Shown here: positions 60,006-64,000 of the stretch, piece by piece
Layout: every line of letters begins with the position of its first letter
How positions within the stretch are numbered: position 1 is the first letter of the stretch
Assembly: GCA_963799485.1 (NCBI GenBank)
Contig: CAWCXJ010000007.1
Span: 416,001-480,000, forward strand
Length of the DNA: 64,000 nt
Direction: 5' to 3'
Source of the DNA: an uncultured Trueperaceae bacterium
GTDB taxonomy: Bacteria; Deinococcota; Deinococci; Deinococcales; Trueperaceae
Notes under the pieces: generated by a model
What the model saw: the letters and a program-made list of their open reading frames with translations, nothing else
Told to the model about the DNA's origin: nothing
Database searches by the model: none
Made by a program: the position numbers and the translations under genes

Positions 60006-63000
60006 ATGACCAAGCACAAAGAAAAGCCGTTTGAAGACGCGATTGAGCACGTCTTGCTGACTGAGGGCGGCTATGAGCGGGGCAGGGGCGGCGACTATGA
60101 CAAAGGGCGGGGGCTCGAGCCGCAGACGGTGCTTGATTTCATCCGTCGCACTCAACCGAAGCTCTGGGACTGGCTGAGCGGGCTGCACGGCGCGGACGCG
60201 GACAAGGTGTTGCTCGATTCTCTGGTCAAAGAGCTGGACACTCGAGGGATGCTGAGCGTTTTACGGCACGGCTTTAAGTGCTACGGCAGGCGTTTTCAGA
60301 TGGCGTACTTCATGCCGAACAACGCCCTCAACCCCGAAACGGGGCGGCTTTACGGCGAAAACCGCGTCTCGGTGACGCGGCAGCTTTATTATTCGGAGAA
60401 GAACACCAAGTCGCTCGACCTGGTGCTGTTTGTGAACGGCTTGCCGGTTGTGACCGCCGAGCTTAAAAGCCCGCTGTCGGGGCAGACGGTTGACCACGCC
60501 AAGGCGCAGTACAAAAACGACCGCGACCCGAACGAAAAGATTTTCGAGTTCAAGCGGCGGGCGCTCGTGCATTTTGCGGTAGACGCCGATTTGGTCTTTA
60601 TGACGACGCGGCTGAGCGGGAACAAAACGGTGTTCTTGCCGTTTAACCTTGGTGCGCCCGTCGGGTCGGAGGTGGGGGCGGGTAATCCGTCGGCGGAGGG
60701 CGATTACAAGACGGCGTACCTCTGGCGCGAGGTGTGGCAGCGGGATAGCCTGCTCGACATCGTGGGCCGCTTTATGCACCTGCAAAGCGAAGAGAAGCGC
60801 ATCTTTACCGATACGGGTACGAAGAAAATCACCAAAGAGGTGATGATTTTTCCGCGCTATCATCAGCTGGGCGCGGTGCGGAAGCTTGTCGCACACAGTC
60901 GGGCGCACGGGTCGGGGCATAACTATTTAGTGGAGCACTCGGCGGGGTCGGGTAAGTCGAACTCGATAGCGTGGCTCGCGCACAGGCTCTCGAGCCTGCA
61001 CACCGACTCGGACGAAAAGGTGTTTCATTCGGTTGTCGTCGTCACCGACCGGCGCGTGCTCGACCAGCAGTTGCAAGACACCATCTACCAGTTCGAGCAC
61101 AAGCAGGGCGTCGTTAAAAAGATCGACGAGGACACGCGGCAGCTCGCGCAGGCGCTCTCTGAGGGCACACCTGTTATCATCACCACCTTGCAGAAGTTTC
61201 CGTTTGTGGCGGGGGCGCTCGAGCGGCTTAATGTCCATGGCGGGAACGATAAGCTTTCAATCAAAACCGAGAACAAACATTACGCCGTTATCGTTGACGA
61301 GGCGCATAGTTCACAGTCAGGCGAAAGCGCGGCAGAGATCAAACACGTCCTCAACAAAGACGGAATTGAGAAGAAAGTCGAAGAACATAAAGCGGTCAGC
61401 GGTGCAGATGAACCGGATGGTGTGTTACGCGAAATGTTGAAGCGCGGACGCCAACCCAACTTGAGCTTTTACGCCTTTACCGCCACCCCGAAATACAAGA
61501 CCAAACACGTCTTTAATGAACTGGGGCCGACGGGCGCAGCGCCGTTTCACAAATACAGTATGCGCCAAGCCATCGAAGAGGGCTTTATCTTGGACGTGCT
61601 AGCGAACTACACGACGTACAAGCTTTACTACCGGCTGACCCAGGCGGCGGGCGAAGACCCCAAGGTTATGCGTAAACAGGCGGCGAAAGCTTTGGCGCGC
61701 TTCGTTTCTTCACACGACCACAACATCAGCCAGAAAACGGAGGTCATCATCGAGCACTTCCGCGCCCACGTGCGGCACAAAATAGGCGGACGCGCCAAGG
61801 CGATGGTCGTCACCGAGTCGCGCTGGCACGCGGTACGCTACAAGCTAGCATTCGACGCCTATGTCTCCGACAAGGGCTATACCGATGTAAGGTCGCTTGT
61901 AGCGTTTTCCGGTACGGTGCAAGACCCGGAACTATCAGACAAGACCTATACCGAAGTCGGGATGAACGGCGGCATCAGAGAAAAAGAGCTGCCCGAAGTT
62001 TTTGACACGGGCGACTACCGCCTGCTCATCGTCGCCGACAAGTACCAGACCGGCTTCGACCAACCGCTTTTACACACCATGTACGTGGACAAAAAACTTT
62101 CAGGCGTGCAGGCGGTGCAGACGCTCTCACGCCTCAACCGCACGGCAACAGGTAAAGACGGCACCTTCGTGCTGGACTTTCGCAACGAGCGCGAAGAGAT
62201 TTTTGACGCTTTTAAGCCCTATTACGGCGAGACCATTGCCGAGCCCCTGACCGACGCGCAGCACCTCTACCGGCTGCAAGGGCAGATTGAAGCGGCGCAC
62301 GTGGTTTTCGAGCAGGACGTGCAGGAGTTCTGTGAGGTGTTTTTTGCCGATAAACGCAAAGAGAGTGTGCGCGACCAGGCCCGGATGAACGCCGTTTTAG
62401 ACCGAGGCGTAGCGCGGTATAAAGAGCTACCGGAAGAAGACCAGGGCGAGTTCAAGAGCCTGCTGGTGAGCTTTCGCAACCTCTACGCCTTTTTGTCGCA
62501 GGTCATCCCTTATGGGGACTCGGAACTCGAGCAGCTTTACACCTACCTGCGCTTTTTGATCACCAAACTGCCGAGCGACCCAAACCGTTCAGACCACCGG
62601 GTAGATGATGATGTGGCGCTCGAGTTCTACCGCTTGCAGAAAATCAGCGAAGGGCGCATCAATCTTAACGAAGGGAGCGCCGACCCGCTCAAAGGCCCAA
62701 GCGATGTAGGCACAGGCCAGAGCCAAGACGAAATCACCCAACTTTCCGAACTCGTCAAAAAGCTCAACGAACGCTTTGGTACGGACTTTACCGAAGCCGA
62801 TCAGCTTTTCTTCGATCAGATCGAGGCTGAAGCGTTAGACAATGACCAGCTAAAGCAAGCGGCTAAGGCGAACTCTGAAAAAGATTTTGGGTATGTGTTC
62901 CGCAAAGCGTTTGAAGGTCTGGTGATCGACCGCATGGAGGGTAATGAAGAGATTTTCGGCAAGATTATGAAAGACGGTGACTTTAGAGATATGGCGTCTG

Positions 63001-63062
63001 AGCACCTGCTAAGAAAGGTGTATCAGGCGCTCAAAGAAGAAAAAGGGAAGGTCAAAGGCTGA
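60006..63062 (+). CDS. hsdR: Type I R-M restriction subunit
   Basis: DLVLFVNGLP...ELK nuclease motif, HSAGSGKS, DEAH, FTATP, TGFDQP and QTLSRLNR. Confidence 0.96.
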   Translation: MTKHKEKPFEDAIEHVLLTEGGYERGRGGDYDKGRGLEPQTVLDFIRRTQPKLWDWLSGLHGADADKVLLDSLVKELDTRGMLSVLRHGFKCYGRRFQMAYFMPNNALNPETGRLYGENRVSVTRQLYYSEKNTKSLDLVLFVNGLPVVTAELKSPLSGQTVDHAKAQYKNDRDPNEKIFEFKRRALVHFAVDADLVFMTTRLSGNKTVFLPFNLGAPVGSEVGAGNPSAEGDYKTAYLWREVWQRDSLLDIVGRFMHLQSEEKRIFTDTGTKKITKEVMIFPRYHQLGAVRKLVAHSRAHGSGHNYLVEHSAGSGKSNSIAWLAHRLSSLHTDSDEKVFHSVVVVTDRRVLDQQLQDTIYQFEHKQGVVKKIDEDTRQLAQALSEGTPVIITTLQKFPFVAGALERLNVHGGNDKLSIKTENKHYAVIVDEAHSSQSGESAAEIKHVLNKDGIEKKVEEHKAVSGADEPDGVLREMLKRGRQPNLSFYAFTATPKYKTKHVFNELGPTGAAPFHKYSMRQAIEEGFILDVLANYTTYKLYYRLTQAAGEDPKVMRKQAAKALARFVSSHDHNISQKTEVIIEHFRAHVRHKIGGRAKAMVVTESRWHAVRYKLAFDAYVSDKGYTDVRSLVAFSGTVQDPELSDKTYTEVGMNGGIREKELPEVFDTGDYRLLIVADKYQTGFDQPLLHTMYVDKKLSGVQAVQTLSRLNRTATGKDGTFVLDFRNEREEIFDAFKPYYGETIAEPLTDAQHLYRLQGQIEAAHVVFEQDVQEFCEVFFADKRKESVRDQARMNAVLDRGVARYKELPEEDQGEFKSLLVSFRNLYAFLSQVIPYGDSELEQLYTYLRFLITKLPSDPNRSDHRVDDDVALEFYRLQKISEGRINLNEGSADPLKGPSDVGTGQSQDEITQLSELVKKLNERFGTDFTEADQLFFDQIEAEALDNDQLKQAAKANSEKDFGYVFRKAFEGLVIDRMEGNEEIFGKIMKDGDFRDMASEHLLRKVYQALKEEKGKVKG

Positions 63063-63093
63063 AAATTTACTAGAAAGAAAAGAGAGTATGTCG

Positions 63094-63909
63094 TCAGGCT
63101 TCCGGCTCGAAAAAGTTCTGGTACAACTCCGGGTCGAAGGGCGCAACCGAAACGATCTCAGAGGCCATAACGACGACCTCGAAGGTATGCGCCAGCCGCC
63201 TAATCTCGGCATTACCTGCAGAACGCTCGCGGACGAGTCTGATGACCTCTTCCTCGGTTGCGTCCGGCTTCTCTGCCAATACACGTTGGATAATCTTTTC
63301 ATAAGCTTCGTTGATACGTTCGCCTATCTTTTCGTGCGTCCGGTCGTAATGAACGTTTAAGGTCATCGCAAGCGTTTCGGCGTCGCGGTAGCCGCTCTTT
63401 TCCAAGCTCAGCCGGATACTCTCGACGCCCCGAATCGGATTAAACGAAGTGTTGACCCTGCCGACATAAACTTTATTCGTCTTGAGCGTAACGGAGACGG
63501 CTTCTTGAGTCTCTAACGCCCTAAAAAGCATCTGTTCTAAAGCGTCGCCTGAACCTCTGATATAGCGCCTTCTAACGATATTTGGTTTCAAGGTCGGGAT
63601 AAGACGACATAGGGGGTTAAGCACAGCACAAAAGACCAAAGACAGCAAGAACGCCAGCACTCCGACAGCCGAGTTAGCCACTGGCAAAAATGATCGCCAC
63701 CACTCGAGTAGGGGCCGAGCAAACGGCGTGTCGCTAAGAAAGAAAAGCAAAAGCTGAGCGATAAATAGAAGGAAGCCACCAGCGATAGACGCGGCAAAAA
63801 CCAGCCGGTAGCCTTCTTGCCGTTGTATCCAGTAGCGCAACGGATACCACAAGCTGACCAAAAGAAAACCGCCTAAAAGCGGCAGCAAAAAGATGTTGAC
63901 TGTCGGCAC
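63094..63909 (-). CDS. Hypothetical membrane protein (about 3 TM plus a soluble beta domain)
   Basis: Hydrophobic N-terminal half; VSVTLKTNKVYVGRV in the C-terminal domain. Confidence 0.72.
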   Translation of the reverse strand: MPTVNIFLLPLLGGFLLVSLWYPLRYWIQRQEGYRLVFAASIAGGFLLFIAQLLLFFLSDTPFARPLLEWWRSFLPVANSAVGVLAFLLSLVFCAVLNPLCRLIPTLKPNIVRRRYIRGSGDALEQMLFRALETQEAVSVTLKTNKVYVGRVNTSFNPIRGVESIRLSLEKSGYRDAETLAMTLNVHYDRTHEKIGERINEAYEKIIQRVLAEKPDATEEEVIRLVRERSAGNAEIRRLAHTFEVVVMASEIVSVAPFDPELYQNFFEPEA

Positions 63910-63998
63910 TATTTTTTAGCTTGCTTGCTGACTTGATCTCGGTGGCGCATTTGCTCTTCCACCAGCTCCTCGAGGTGTTGTGGGGAGATAGCCGATAC
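63909..63998 (-). CDS. 3' end of an upstream ORF (partial)
   Basis: Open frame ...SPQHLEELVEEQMRHRDQVSKQAKK*; its TAG overlaps the next GTG (TAGTG). Confidence 0.4.
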   Translation of the reverse strand, partial: VSAISPQHLEELVEEQMRHRDQVSKQAKK

Positions 63999-64000
63999 CG

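Larger units (their letters stand above)
51071..64000. mobile_element. tRNA-Val-integrated genomic/defence island (right end beyond the window)
   Basis: Tyrosine integrase directly downstream of the tRNA, followed by TA, IS1, SEFIR and type I R-M genes. Confidence 0.82.

Noticed and set aside
51071..64000. Intact prophage or Thoeris system
   Set aside because: No structural, packaging, lysis or replication genes, and no ThsA-type effector next to the TIR/SEFIR gene within the window.

Overview
GC-rich bacterial chromosome segment, most likely from a Deinococcota (Trueperaceae-like) organism. The assignment is inferred from DUF3208, bshA, a Thermus-type cytochrome c552 domain and many apparently leaderless genes. 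Bases 1-50.9 kb are mostly housekeeping genes: a caa3-type cytochrome c oxidase operon whose subunit IV is fused to a cytochrome c, comM, degV, fba, rpe, cysK, yceD-rpmF-fabH-fabD-fabG-acpP-fabF, an SplB-like radical SAM enzyme, a frameshifted ftsK, bshA, tsaD, a trpE-trpG-(three unrelated genes)-trpD operon, ubiX-ispD-ispE and leuB. From tRNA-Val(GAC) at ~51 kb to the window end lies an integrated element. It carries a tyrosine integrase, an HTH-antitoxin/RelE pair, small divergent ORFs, an IS1 inserted in a SEFIR/TIR defence gene, a type I R-M system and a membrane protein. The best candidates for undescribed biology are: (1) a translationally coupled operon encoding an Ig+cohesin lipoprotein, a secreted possibly OB/TIMP-like protein and a catalytically degenerate metzincin-dockerin (45.0-47.2 kb); (2) a leaderless Trp leader peptide whose coding RNA can pair with the trpE Shine-Dalgarno, suggesting translational attenuation; (3) a repressor-antitoxin/RelE/integrase switch facing a very acidic 54-aa possible DNA mimic, in an island that encodes type I R-M; (4) HIP1-like over-representation of CTCGAG. 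All family assignments come from motifs read by eye; no searches were run.
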